The position numbers and the translations under genes were made by a program. The notes beneath the pieces were generated by a model. It was not told the origin of the DNA. It saw nothing but the letters and a program-made list of their open reading frames with translations, and did not search any database. From positions 1,025 to 65,024 of the forward strand of contig JBFXIQ010000002.1 in assembly GCA_050175815.1 (NCBI GenBank): a stretch of 64,000 bases of DNA, written 5' to 3'. Below are positions 55,229-63,641 of this stretch, in pieces. Numbering within the stretch: position 1 is the first letter of the stretch; the number at the start of each line of letters is the position of its first letter. The DNA comes from Synergistaceae bacterium. Lineage in GTDB: Bacteria; Synergistota; Synergistia; Synergistales; Synergistaceae.

Positions 55229-56503
55229 ATGCTTGGCATGCTTTTAGGTTTGCTAATCCTCTTTTTTGCAATGGGCACCCCGATTTACATCGCGCTTTCA
55301 TTGCCTTCATTTGTGAATATTATCGCAAGTGGTTATGATGGCATGGTGATGATCCAACGTTTTTTTGGCGGCATAGATCGTTTTTCTTTGATGGCAATAC
55401 CCTTTTTCATCCTTGCTGCTGACGTTATGGGACGAGGTGGAATGTCAAAGCGTATTATTAATCTAGCGGAGGTATTTCTTGGTCGTTTCTATGGTGGAAC
55501 GGCAACCGCCACAGTTGTAGCATGTCTGGTTTTCGGAGCTCTGTCAGGGTCGTCTCCGGCTACAGTTTGTGCTATTGGTGGAATTACTTATCCGATGCTA
55601 CTGAAAAATGGATATCCAAAGCACTTTGCTGCAGGGACAGTTTGTTCAGCCTCCTCTTTGGCTATAGTAATTCCTCCAAGTATTACTATGATAGTATTTG
55701 CCTCAACAGCAGGATGTTCAGTGGGAGATCTATTTATCGCAGGAATAATCCCCGGCATTATCATGGGATTAATATTTATTGCATATTGCTATTATTTTGC
55801 AAGAAAGCACAACATCAGATCAGAAAAGAACTATTCTGCAAAAGACAAAGTTAAGGCCTTGACTGAATGTATATGGGCCCTCGGGGTTCCAATTATTATT
55901 CTTGGCGGTATTTATGGAGGGGTATTCACACCTACAGAAGCGTCTACTGTTGCAGCGGTCTATGCGATTTTAGTGTCGATGTTTATATATAAAGAAATGT
56001 CATTAAAAGAGCTTTACCTAACCTGTCTGAAATCAGCCCTGACAACAGCACAAGTAATGATATTAGTTTCAGCTGCAAGCACCCTTTCATGGGTTTTGAC
56101 AGTGAACCAGGTGCAAGAGATTTTTTTAAATTTCATAAGTGCATTCCTTTCTTATCCTTGGATAGTTCTTTTGATAATGAATATAATCCTAGTTCTTGCG
56201 GGAATGTTCATGGATGCGGTGCCGTTCGTACTTTTGCTTACGCCTCTGTTCATGCCAATTTTCCTGCAGATGGGCTACAGCCCTATTCATCTAGGAATGC
56301 TTATGACAGTATCAGGCGCTCTAGGGATGTACAGCCCGCCTTTTGGCCTGAATATTTTTGTAGGGATGGGCGTATTTAAAGAATCGTTTTCCACGATTGC
56401 AAGGGCGGTTGTCCCCTTTGTCTTTTTGGGGATCATCTCAATGTTGTTGATTACTTATATTCCTCAATTATCTCTTTGGTTGCCTGCGTTGATGAGAGGT
56501 TAA
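55229..56503 (+). CDS. dctM: TRAP transporter large permease (DctM)
   Basis: 424-aa polytopic protein with DctM-type strings (L.AIPFFILA...M..GG.S.R.I, GA.SGSS.AT). Confidence 0.9.
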   Translation: MLGMLLGLLILFFAMGTPIYIALSLPSFVNIIASGYDGMVMIQRFFGGIDRFSLMAIPFFILAADVMGRGGMSKRIINLAEVFLGRFYGGTATATVVACLVFGALSGSSPATVCAIGGITYPMLLKNGYPKHFAAGTVCSASSLAIVIPPSITMIVFASTAGCSVGDLFIAGIIPGIIMGLIFIAYCYYFARKHNIRSEKNYSAKDKVKALTECIWALGVPIIILGGIYGGVFTPTEASTVAAVYAILVSMFIYKEMSLKELYLTCLKSALTTAQVMILVSAASTLSWVLTVNQVQEIFLNFISAFLSYPWIVLLIMNIILVLAGMFMDAVPFVLLLTPLFMPIFLQMGYSPIHLGMLMTVSGALGMYSPPFGLNIFVGMGVFKESFSTIARAVVPFVFLGIISMLLITYIPQLSLWLPALMRG

Positions 56504-56540
56504 TTTATTTGCTTGAGTTAACCAACTTATGTCAAAGTTG

Positions 56541-56577
56541 AAATCTGCTAAGACAAAAGGTCTGTAGATTTTTCTTT
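56541..56577 (+). terminator. possible terminator after dctM
   Basis: Imperfect hairpin AAATCTGCTAAGAC...GTCTGTAGATTT followed by TTTCTTT. Confidence 0.4.
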
Positions 56578-56700
56578 GAAGACGAAAATCAAAATTAAAT
56601 TATTAGCTTTGTGTAAATCAAGCACCCAAAGATTTATTATGCAAGAGTTTATTTGTTTTTTGATATGAATTATTGAATATATTTGCAATTCTTTCTGGAG

Positions 56701-56751
56701 GCGTCAAATATCTTGACCTAGGTAACATCTAGGAACCTAGATATTTGACGC
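56701..56751. promoter_or_regulatory. perfect 13-bp inverted repeat GCGTCAAATATCT / AGATATTTGACGC with nested CCTAGG-type palindromes
   Basis: Read directly from the sequence, 47 nt upstream of the MFS ORF. No U-tract follows, so an operator is more likely than a terminator. Confidence 0.6.
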
Positions 56752-56797
56752 TTAATGTACAAAGAATTAAACGTAATAATATGATAATATGTCTTGA

Positions 56798-58090
56798 TTG
56801 ATTAAAGAAAAAATCGCACTGAAGATTGAGTTGGTTCTATTGGTGAGTGGGAATGAAAAATTTGATAGAATACTTTGTTTCAAAATATTTATCCCCTTTG
56901 GCTTGGCATATTTTTTATCGGTATTGTTGGGAAGCGCTAACTCAATAATGTCTCCGATCCTGATTGAAACATTTGCCTTGTCTCCGACCGATCTTGGGTT
57001 TATGTCCTCAGTATATCTTGCTGCATTTGGAATAGCACAGTTCCCCGTTGGAGTATTGCTTGATCTATACGGTGGACGTGAAACACTGATTCCATTGCTC
57101 ATTCTTGCTGTGATAGGCACTCTTATATTTGCTGGTGCAGAATCATATGCAATGCTTGTTATATCAAAAATATTTCTGGGTATAGGAATGGCAGGATGCC
57201 TTATGGCCGCGTTTAAAACCTTTTCACAATGGATGCCAGCAAAAAAGCTTCCTTTATTATATAGTTTCCAGAGCCTTACCGGCGGGATTGGAGGCATGTT
57301 TGCAACAAGGCCGCTCGCTTATGCTTTTGAAATAATTGAATGGCGATATATATTCATATTCCTTGCTATTTTAACGTTTGTCACTTTGGTACTTCTCTAT
57401 CTTCTTGTTCCCAAAAGCAATTTGAATATTAAACGCACATCGAATACTGAAATAATCAAGTCGTTTAGAGCGATGTTGAGTTTTTGTATAGAAAGCCGTT
57501 TCTGGATGGTAGCACCAGTTATAATCACATCTCAGGCAGTAATGTTTTCTTATCTTTATCTATGGGTGGGACCTTGGATGCGTGATGTGGCAAAATTTGA
57601 TGAAATTGCTGTCGGGATGTATATGTTATATGCCTTTACAGGAGCAGCGCTCGGTTATTTTCTTAACGGTATTATCGCGGACTTATCGATAAAGACAAAG
57701 ATGTTTTCTATGGAAAAATTATATTTGATTTTTGGGGCTGGACTTACGATTTTCTTGGGAATTATAATGACCAAGAATGATAGCTCTGCCTCCTTTTTTT
57801 GGGTACTTGTTATGTTTTTTGCAAATATGACGATGATTGCTTTCCCCATCATGCAGAAGTTTTACGCGAGCAGTGAAGTGGGCAGGGCACTCTCCCTTCT
57901 AAATTTCACGATTTTCCTCATGTCATTCATATTCCAATGGTTCATTGGCGTAGTTCTTGACTTTTACCCTGTTGTTGATGGACGCTTCTCAGCAGAGGGC
58001 TATCAGACAAGTCTTGCTGTTATTGTTGTTCTAAATATGGCTGCAGTTACCCACCTGTACTTTGAACTTAGAAAACGCCGTATAATATAA
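56798..58090 (+). CDS. MFS transporter
   Basis: 12-TM pattern. The TTG start at 56798 is uncertain; GTG 56845 is an alternative. Confidence 0.75.
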   Translation: MIKEKIALKIELVLLVSGNEKFDRILCFKIFIPFGLAYFLSVLLGSANSIMSPILIETFALSPTDLGFMSSVYLAAFGIAQFPVGVLLDLYGGRETLIPLLILAVIGTLIFAGAESYAMLVISKIFLGIGMAGCLMAAFKTFSQWMPAKKLPLLYSFQSLTGGIGGMFATRPLAYAFEIIEWRYIFIFLAILTFVTLVLLYLLVPKSNLNIKRTSNTEIIKSFRAMLSFCIESRFWMVAPVIITSQAVMFSYLYLWVGPWMRDVAKFDEIAVGMYMLYAFTGAALGYFLNGIIADLSIKTKMFSMEKLYLIFGAGLTIFLGIIMTKNDSSASFFWVLVMFFANMTMIAFPIMQKFYASSEVGRALSLLNFTIFLMSFIFQWFIGVVLDFYPVVDGRFSAEGYQTSLAVIVVLNMAAVTHLYFELRKRRII

Positions 58091-58222
58091 TCAATTTTTC
58101 ATCAGGCCTGACCGACATTATTTTTCGCTATCTCATCTGTATCCCGTTGTGCGATCAAAAGCATACGGGAACCAAGGTGTATATTTTTTGCTGTCTGACA
58201 GAAATTATAAAGGAGGAGCAAG

Positions 58223-59098
58223 ATGTACAAAAGATATGAAATAGAAGCTCATGAGATAACAGAAATGGTTTATGAACTATCACTCAAAGCAAACAGGATA
58301 CTGCCTGAAGGGCTTAAAAATATCATAAGGGATGCAAGGGATAGAGAAAAAATATCTCTTGCAAAGCAGGCTTTCTCCGATATTCTGGAAAACGCCGAAC
58401 TTGCTGCGAAAAAAAAGATGCCGATATGTCAGGACTGCGGTCTTGCCGTTGTCTTTATTGAAATAGGTCAGGATCTTCACGTTTTAGGCGGAAGCATAGA
58501 GGATGCAGTCAACGAGGGAGTGAGGAGAGCCTATATAGACGGATATCTTCGTAAATCAGTTGTCAAAGACCCTCTCTTCAGAAGGGAAAACAGTGGAGAC
58601 AACACACCTGCTGTCATACATTGGAAAATCTGCACAGGCAGTGACATCAGGATAACAGTTAGCCCTAAGGGCATGGGCAGTGAAAATATGAGCAGGATAT
58701 ATATGCTTAAGCCTGCAGACGGAGCAGAGTGCGTCATCAGGTCGGTCGTTGAGACAGTAAAGATCGCAGGGCCCAATCCATGTCCGCCCATTGTCCTTGG
58801 CATTGGGATCGGCGGCAACTTTGAAACTGTTGCACTTGCAGCAAAAAAAGCTCTTCTTAAACCGGAAGGTGTCAGACATCACATCCCAGAGTATGCTGCA
58901 ATGGAAACGGAAATCATAAATAGAGCTAATGAACTTGGTATCGGCCCCGGTGGATACGGGGGAGTAACTACTGTACTTGATGCTCACATTGAAACACTGC
59001 CTACTCACATAGCAGGCATGCCCCTTGCTGTAAATATTTGCTGCCACGCCCTGCGGCATGCAGAAGGAACTATTGAGGGGAGGCTATTAAATGATTAA
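58223..59098 (+). CDS. class I Fe-S hydro-lyase alpha subunit (fumarate hydratase N-terminal type / L-tartrate dehydratase TtdA-like)
   Basis: Strings typical of FumA-N/TtdA (PICQDCG, DPL.R.N.GDNTPA..H, SPKG.GSEN, PCPP..LGIGIGG); 291 aa. Confidence 0.85.
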   Translation: MYKRYEIEAHEITEMVYELSLKANRILPEGLKNIIRDARDREKISLAKQAFSDILENAELAAKKKMPICQDCGLAVVFIEIGQDLHVLGGSIEDAVNEGVRRAYIDGYLRKSVVKDPLFRRENSGDNTPAVIHWKICTGSDIRITVSPKGMGSENMSRIYMLKPADGAECVIRSVVETVKIAGPNPCPPIVLGIGIGGNFETVALAAKKALLKPEGVRHHIPEYAAMETEIINRANELGIGPGGYGGVTTVLDAHIETLPTHIAGMPLAVNICCHALRHAEGTIEGRLLND

Positions 59099-59657
59099 GC
59101 AGCTTAACACACCGCTGTCGGAAGAAGATGTGACCGAACTCAGGGCGGGCGACATAGTCACCCTGTCCGGCAGTATTCTGATCGCGCGCGATGCAGCACA
59201 CAAGAGGCTGACAGAGAGCATCTCGTCGGGTGAAAAAGAACCCTTTCCCATAAAAGGTGAGATCATTTTTTACGCCGGACCTGCTCCCACCCCTCCGGGT
59301 GAAGTGATCGGCCCGATCGGACCGACGACCAGCGGAAGGATGGATCCCTACACTCCTTTTCTCCTTGAGAGAGGACTCAGGGGAATGATAGGTAAAGGGA
59401 AAAGAAGCGCTGAAGTACTGGAAGCAATAAAAAAGCACCGTGCCGTATATTTCGGAGCGACAGGAGGCACAGCGGTGCTTCTTTCCCGCTCTGTGGTATC
59501 TGTTGAAATGGTCGCCTATGGAGAGCTTGGTCCCGAGGCAGTCCTGCGCCTTGGTATTGAGAAGATGCCACTGGTGGTGCTTGCCGACAGTCACGGCGGA
59601 GATCTATATGTGTCGGGACCGGAAGCGGCAGTGAAATTGATCCAGGCGAATATCTAA
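59091..59657 (+). CDS. class I Fe-S hydro-lyase beta subunit (fumarate hydratase C-terminal type / TtdB-like)
   Basis: L.AGD.V.LSG.I...RDAAHKRL, GP.GPTTS.RMD, GKG.R motifs. Overlaps the alpha gene by 8 nt. Confidence 0.85.
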   Translation: MIKQLNTPLSEEDVTELRAGDIVTLSGSILIARDAAHKRLTESISSGEKEPFPIKGEIIFYAGPAPTPPGEVIGPIGPTTSGRMDPYTPFLLERGLRGMIGKGKRSAEVLEAIKKHRAVYFGATGGTAVLLSRSVVSVEMVAYGELGPEAVLRLGIEKMPLVVLADSHGGDLYVSGPEAAVKLIQANI

Positions 59658-59870
59658 AGATAAGATAAAAGAATATTCGCATGAATTTTAGTTACATGGT
59701 TAAATAGAAAATATATATAAATACACTTAAATAATGTAATAACTTCAATCTAATATTTCTAAATATCAATATTTCAGAAATGATTGTAAGGAAAAATTTA
59801 TATTTACATTTAATTATAGTGCTTTCACTGGTCCGTACCACTGAAATAAATAAGAAAATAATTTTTACCA

Positions 59871-59899
59871 TTGTGTTTATTAAACATGTTTGGTAGAAT
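59871..59899 (+). promoter_or_regulatory. candidate promoter of the second TAXI-TRAP operon
   Basis: TTGTGT, 17-nt spacer, TAGAAT, inside a very AT-rich spacer. Confidence 0.4.
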
Positions 59900-59992
59900 T
59901 GCGTATCCGTGCTTGTTGGGAAAAAATATTTTCTCATCTATAAAATCATTTCACCATCATGCACGGAAAAATATTATGGAGGTGCTTTTTGT

Positions 59993-60940
59993 ATGACAAA
60001 GACAGCAAGATTCTTTATCGTAATCGCGATGATCCTTGTATTCGCCGGAGCCGCGTCAGCAGCAACATTCATCAATATAGGAACAGGCTCTACAGGCGGA
60101 ACTTATTATCCGGTCGGCGCGGGGATGGCAAAAGTTTGGAACAGCGCTATCCCAGGAATGAAGGCAAACGCGCAGTCAACGGGCGGAACAGCACAGAACC
60201 TTGCTCTCCTTGGCAAGGGCGAAGCAGAAGTAATTTTTGCAGACGGTCTCTATTTCTTTGCATATGAAGGCAAGGGCACATTTGAAGGCAAGCCTATGAA
60301 GGAACTTCGCGGACTTGTACCCCTCTACGCCGAACCTATCCACTTCCTCGTAGCAAAGGGCAGCAGCATCAAGACTATCCAGGATCTTAAGGGAAAGAGA
60401 GTCTCTGTCGGAGCAGTAGGAAGCGGAACAGAAGTAACAGTTCGCACACTTCTGAAAGTTGCCGGAATTGACCCCGATAAGGACATCAGGGCGGAAAACC
60501 TCGGGCTTTCAGACACAGCCGGAGCATTTGCTGACAAAAACATCGACGCAGCCCTTACGGTAGGTGCCCTCGGTATCGCCGGAGTCGTTGAGATCACCAC
60601 CCTTGGCACAGCTGAATTCCGTGACATTCCTGCAGATGTTATAGCCAAGCTGGGCAAAGAACTTCCCTACTACCTGCCCTTCGATATCCCCGCAAACACA
60701 TACAAGGACCAGACAAAGCCCGTTAAGGCAATGGCAAGCTGGAACGTTCTCATAACCACAGAAAAACTTGGTGAAGAGGATGCTTACAAAATGACAAAGG
60801 CTCTCTACGAGCACAAGCAGGATATCCTCAATATCTCTACAAGGCTAGCTTCCATGTCACCGGAGAACCTGAAGTATATCCAGGTTCCCCTCCACAAGGG
60901 TGCACTGAAGTACTACAAAGAGATCGGCGCTGTTAAGTAA
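59993..60940 (+). CDS. TAXI-family TRAP transporter solute-binding protein (second system)
   Basis: Signal peptide followed by IGTGSTGGTYYPVGAG, with a C-terminal PLHKGALKYYKEIG. ATG 59993 follows GGAGGTG. Confidence 0.9.
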   Translation: MTKTARFFIVIAMILVFAGAASAATFINIGTGSTGGTYYPVGAGMAKVWNSAIPGMKANAQSTGGTAQNLALLGKGEAEVIFADGLYFFAYEGKGTFEGKPMKELRGLVPLYAEPIHFLVAKGSSIKTIQDLKGKRVSVGAVGSGTEVTVRTLLKVAGIDPDKDIRAENLGLSDTAGAFADKNIDAALTVGALGIAGVVEITTLGTAEFRDIPADVIAKLGKELPYYLPFDIPANTYKDQTKPVKAMASWNVLITTEKLGEEDAYKMTKALYEHKQDILNISTRLASMSPENLKYIQVPLHKGALKYYKEIGAVK

Positions 60941-60965
60941 GCAAAGCGCAATATAGTTTTTCATA

Positions 60966-60988
60966 GTGGGGGCATATACTGCCCCCAC
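60966..60988 (+). other. 9-bp GC-rich hairpin between receptor and permease genes
   Basis: GTGGGGGCA (loop tatac) TGCCCCCAC. Confidence 0.7.
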
Positions 60989-61015
60989 AGTATTTATCAG
61001 CAGGAGGCAGTATTT

Positions 61016-63001
61016 ATGAGCGATGAAATAATTAAGAACAGTGGTGAAAAACATAACATTCTGGACGATGTAGCCATTGATGAATCACAGGTAAACGAAC
61101 TTATAGAAAAATATGATGCTGAAAGCCGCTATAGGAGGCTGACCGGTTTCCAGGGCAAATTTATCACCGCGTGGCTTTGCTGTATGTCCCTTTTCCACCT
61201 TTATACTGCCGGTATAGCGTCAATGCCCATAACTATACAGAGGGCGGTACACCTTACATTCGCAATAGTTGCGGTCTACATTCTTTTTCCGGCAAGAAGA
61301 AAAGGATCGAAAACATCGACTCCGATCTATGACTGGGTACTTGCCGTCTTGGCCGGAGGAGTTATCGGATACATAATCTTCTTTTTCAACGAGATCGCCC
61401 GCCGCGGTGCGGAGCCTCTCCCATATGAAATATGGCTCGGTATTGCAGCGATCATTCTTGTTCTGGAAGCCGGCCGCAGGGTCGTTGGAAATGTACTTCC
61501 GTGCATGAGTCTGGTATTCCTTGCGTACTGCTACTTCGGATATCTTGCTCCGGGTATGTTCCAGATAAGGGGATACTCTGTCAGCAGGATCATCCAGCAC
61601 ATGTACCTGACCCCTGAAGGCATATTCGGACTGGCTCTCGGAGTATCAGCCACATTCGTCATCGTCTTCATAATCTTCGGAGCATTCCTCTCGCGTAGCG
61701 GAGGAGCCAGATTCTTTAATGAACTTGCACTCGCTATAGCAGGCGGCAAGCCCGGTGGTCCCGCGAAGGTCGCAGTAGTTGCATCTGGACTTCTGGGGAC
61801 GATCAACGGATCATCGGTAGCAAACGTTGCAACTACAGGGACCTTCACGATCCCTCTTATGAAAAAGGTCGGATACCAGCCTCATTATGCCGGAGCAGTT
61901 GAAGCCTGTGCTTCAACTGGAGGACAGCTAATGCCGCCAATAATGGGGGCAGGCGCCTTCATAATGAGTGAATTCCTCGGTGTTTCCTACCTTTCCATTG
62001 CTGCAGCGGCAATAATCCCTGCATTAGTCTACTACACAGCTATTTTTACAAATGTCCATGTCCGTGCCAGAAAACAGAAGCTCAAAGGACTTCCCAAGGA
62101 CCAGCTTCCTGTCCTCAGAGAGGTAATGAGAACTGATGGACACCTTCTGATCCCCGTCATCGTAATAATAGCCACACTTTTGATGAAGTACACGCCTCTG
62201 CGCGCCGGATTCATAGGCGTCGTATCGGTAATAATCGTAAGCTCTCTGAAACAGAAGACCAGGATGAGCATCCTTGACATTATCAAAGCACTGGAAGAGG
62301 GAGCCAGAGGAGCCCTTGGAGTAGCCCTTGCGTGTGCACTGGTAGGATTCATCGTAGGTACTTCTTCACTGACATCGCTTGGTCTTACGATCTCGAACAA
62401 CATAATCGACATATCGGGAGGCAACCTTATCCTGACCTTGATGATGGCTATGGTCGCATGCATAGTGCTTGGCATGGGGCTTCCGACGACTGCAAACTAC
62501 ATCGTATGCAGCACTATAATTGCACCGGCACTTATAGGCATGAATGTGCTTCCGCTGGCAGCGCACCTTTTTGTTTTCTACTTCGGCATAATGGCGGACC
62601 TCACTCCTCCTGTTTGCCTTGCAGCATTTACCGGAGCGGGCATAGCCGGAGCGAGCCCTGCCAAGACGGGCTTTACGGCAACAAAGATAGCTTTGACTTC
62701 CTATCTCATGCCGTACATGTTCGTATATAATCCAATGCTTTTGCTGCAGAATGTCGTACCTTACGAGCTGTTTATTCTGGTTGTTTCGGCTCTTCTCGGA
62801 GTCATAGTGCTTGCCGGAGCTCTTGAAGGATGGATGTTCCGTTTCCTCAACAAGTTTGAGCGGGTCATCATCGGTATCGCTGCATTACTAGCGATCCACC
62901 ATAACATGGCTCTGAGCCTTGGAGCCACTGTCGTGATAATTGCAATAATGTTCTATCTCAAAAAGACTTCTAAAAAAGAGGAACTTGAGCTGGCAATATA
63001 G
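61016..63001 (+). CDS. TRAP transporter fused permease (TAXI-type), second system
   Basis: 661 aa. Paralogous to 3176..5182 along its whole length. Confidence 0.9.
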   Translation: MSDEIIKNSGEKHNILDDVAIDESQVNELIEKYDAESRYRRLTGFQGKFITAWLCCMSLFHLYTAGIASMPITIQRAVHLTFAIVAVYILFPARRKGSKTSTPIYDWVLAVLAGGVIGYIIFFFNEIARRGAEPLPYEIWLGIAAIILVLEAGRRVVGNVLPCMSLVFLAYCYFGYLAPGMFQIRGYSVSRIIQHMYLTPEGIFGLALGVSATFVIVFIIFGAFLSRSGGARFFNELALAIAGGKPGGPAKVAVVASGLLGTINGSSVANVATTGTFTIPLMKKVGYQPHYAGAVEACASTGGQLMPPIMGAGAFIMSEFLGVSYLSIAAAAIIPALVYYTAIFTNVHVRARKQKLKGLPKDQLPVLREVMRTDGHLLIPVIVIIATLLMKYTPLRAGFIGVVSVIIVSSLKQKTRMSILDIIKALEEGARGALGVALACALVGFIVGTSSLTSLGLTISNNIIDISGGNLILTLMMAMVACIVLGMGLPTTANYIVCSTIIAPALIGMNVLPLAAHLFVFYFGIMADLTPPVCLAAFTGAGIAGASPAKTGFTATKIALTSYLMPYMFVYNPMLLLQNVVPYELFILVVSALLGVIVLAGALEGWMFRFLNKFERVIIGIAALLAIHHNMALSLGATVVIIAIMFYLKKTSKKEELELAI

Positions 63002-63021
63002 AGCTTTCTTTCTCCTTTTAA

Positions 63022-63056
63022 AAGCGTCCCCTGATTTGGATGGGGTCGCTTTTTTA
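63022..63056 (+). terminator. intrinsic terminator
   Basis: AAGCGTCCCC pairs with GGGGTCGCTT (one mismatch) and is followed by 6 T. Confidence 0.7.
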
Positions 63057-63090
63057 TTGTATACTTGGTGTCAGAAACGGAGGGTGGTCT

Positions 63091-63585
63091 GTGAATCCAA
63101 ATTACATTGTACTATTTGCTGTTCTGGGCGGAAGCGCCATAGGCCATAAGTCGGGATTTCCTGCAGGCGCAATGGTGGGCGGACTTCTTGTCGGTCTTGT
63201 CGTCAAAGCAGTAATGAACATGGGGCTTGATCCCAGGATAGATTGGCTCTCATACACTTCGCAGGCCCTGGTCGCCTATGTCCTTGTGAGAGGCAGCGAT
63301 TTCTCATCAATTGCAGAGATTCCCAGATATCTGCCGGCTGCTGTTGCCTATAGTTTTTCCCTTCTCATATTCACTTTGGGGCTGGCCTGGATCTTTTCAA
63401 AGGTGTGTAAAATGGATTTTCTGACTTCGCTTTTTGCGACAACTCCCGGAGGCCTTACCGGCATCGCGGTAGTTGCGGTCGATATAGGGGCTGATCCTAC
63501 GATCTCTGTCCTTTTCAACATATGCAGAATAGTTACAGTACTTATCGTAGTACCTATAATTGCCAATATCATAGTCAGATATTGA
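63091..63585 (+). CDS. AbrB-family membrane protein (single half of the 'AbrB duplication' membrane protein family)
   Basis: Hydrophobic 164-aa protein with G.P.GAM.G and TPGGL..... strings. GTG 63091 follows GGAGGGTGG. The track start at 63040 lies inside the upstream terminator. Confidence 0.6.
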   Translation: MNPNYIVLFAVLGGSAIGHKSGFPAGAMVGGLLVGLVVKAVMNMGLDPRIDWLSYTSQALVAYVLVRGSDFSSIAEIPRYLPAAVAYSFSLLIFTLGLAWIFSKVCKMDFLTSLFATTPGGLTGIAVVAVDIGADPTISVLFNICRIVTVLIVVPIIANIIVRY

Positions 63586-63641
63586 TAGAAATATATAAGT
63601 TGTTTTTATAAAGTTTTATTTTTTCAGGAAAGGTTGGAACA

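Noticed and set aside
63040-63090. Track start of the AbrB-like ORF at 63040
   Set aside because: This stretch contains the terminator hairpin of the upstream operon (63022..63056). GTG 63091 has a proper SD.
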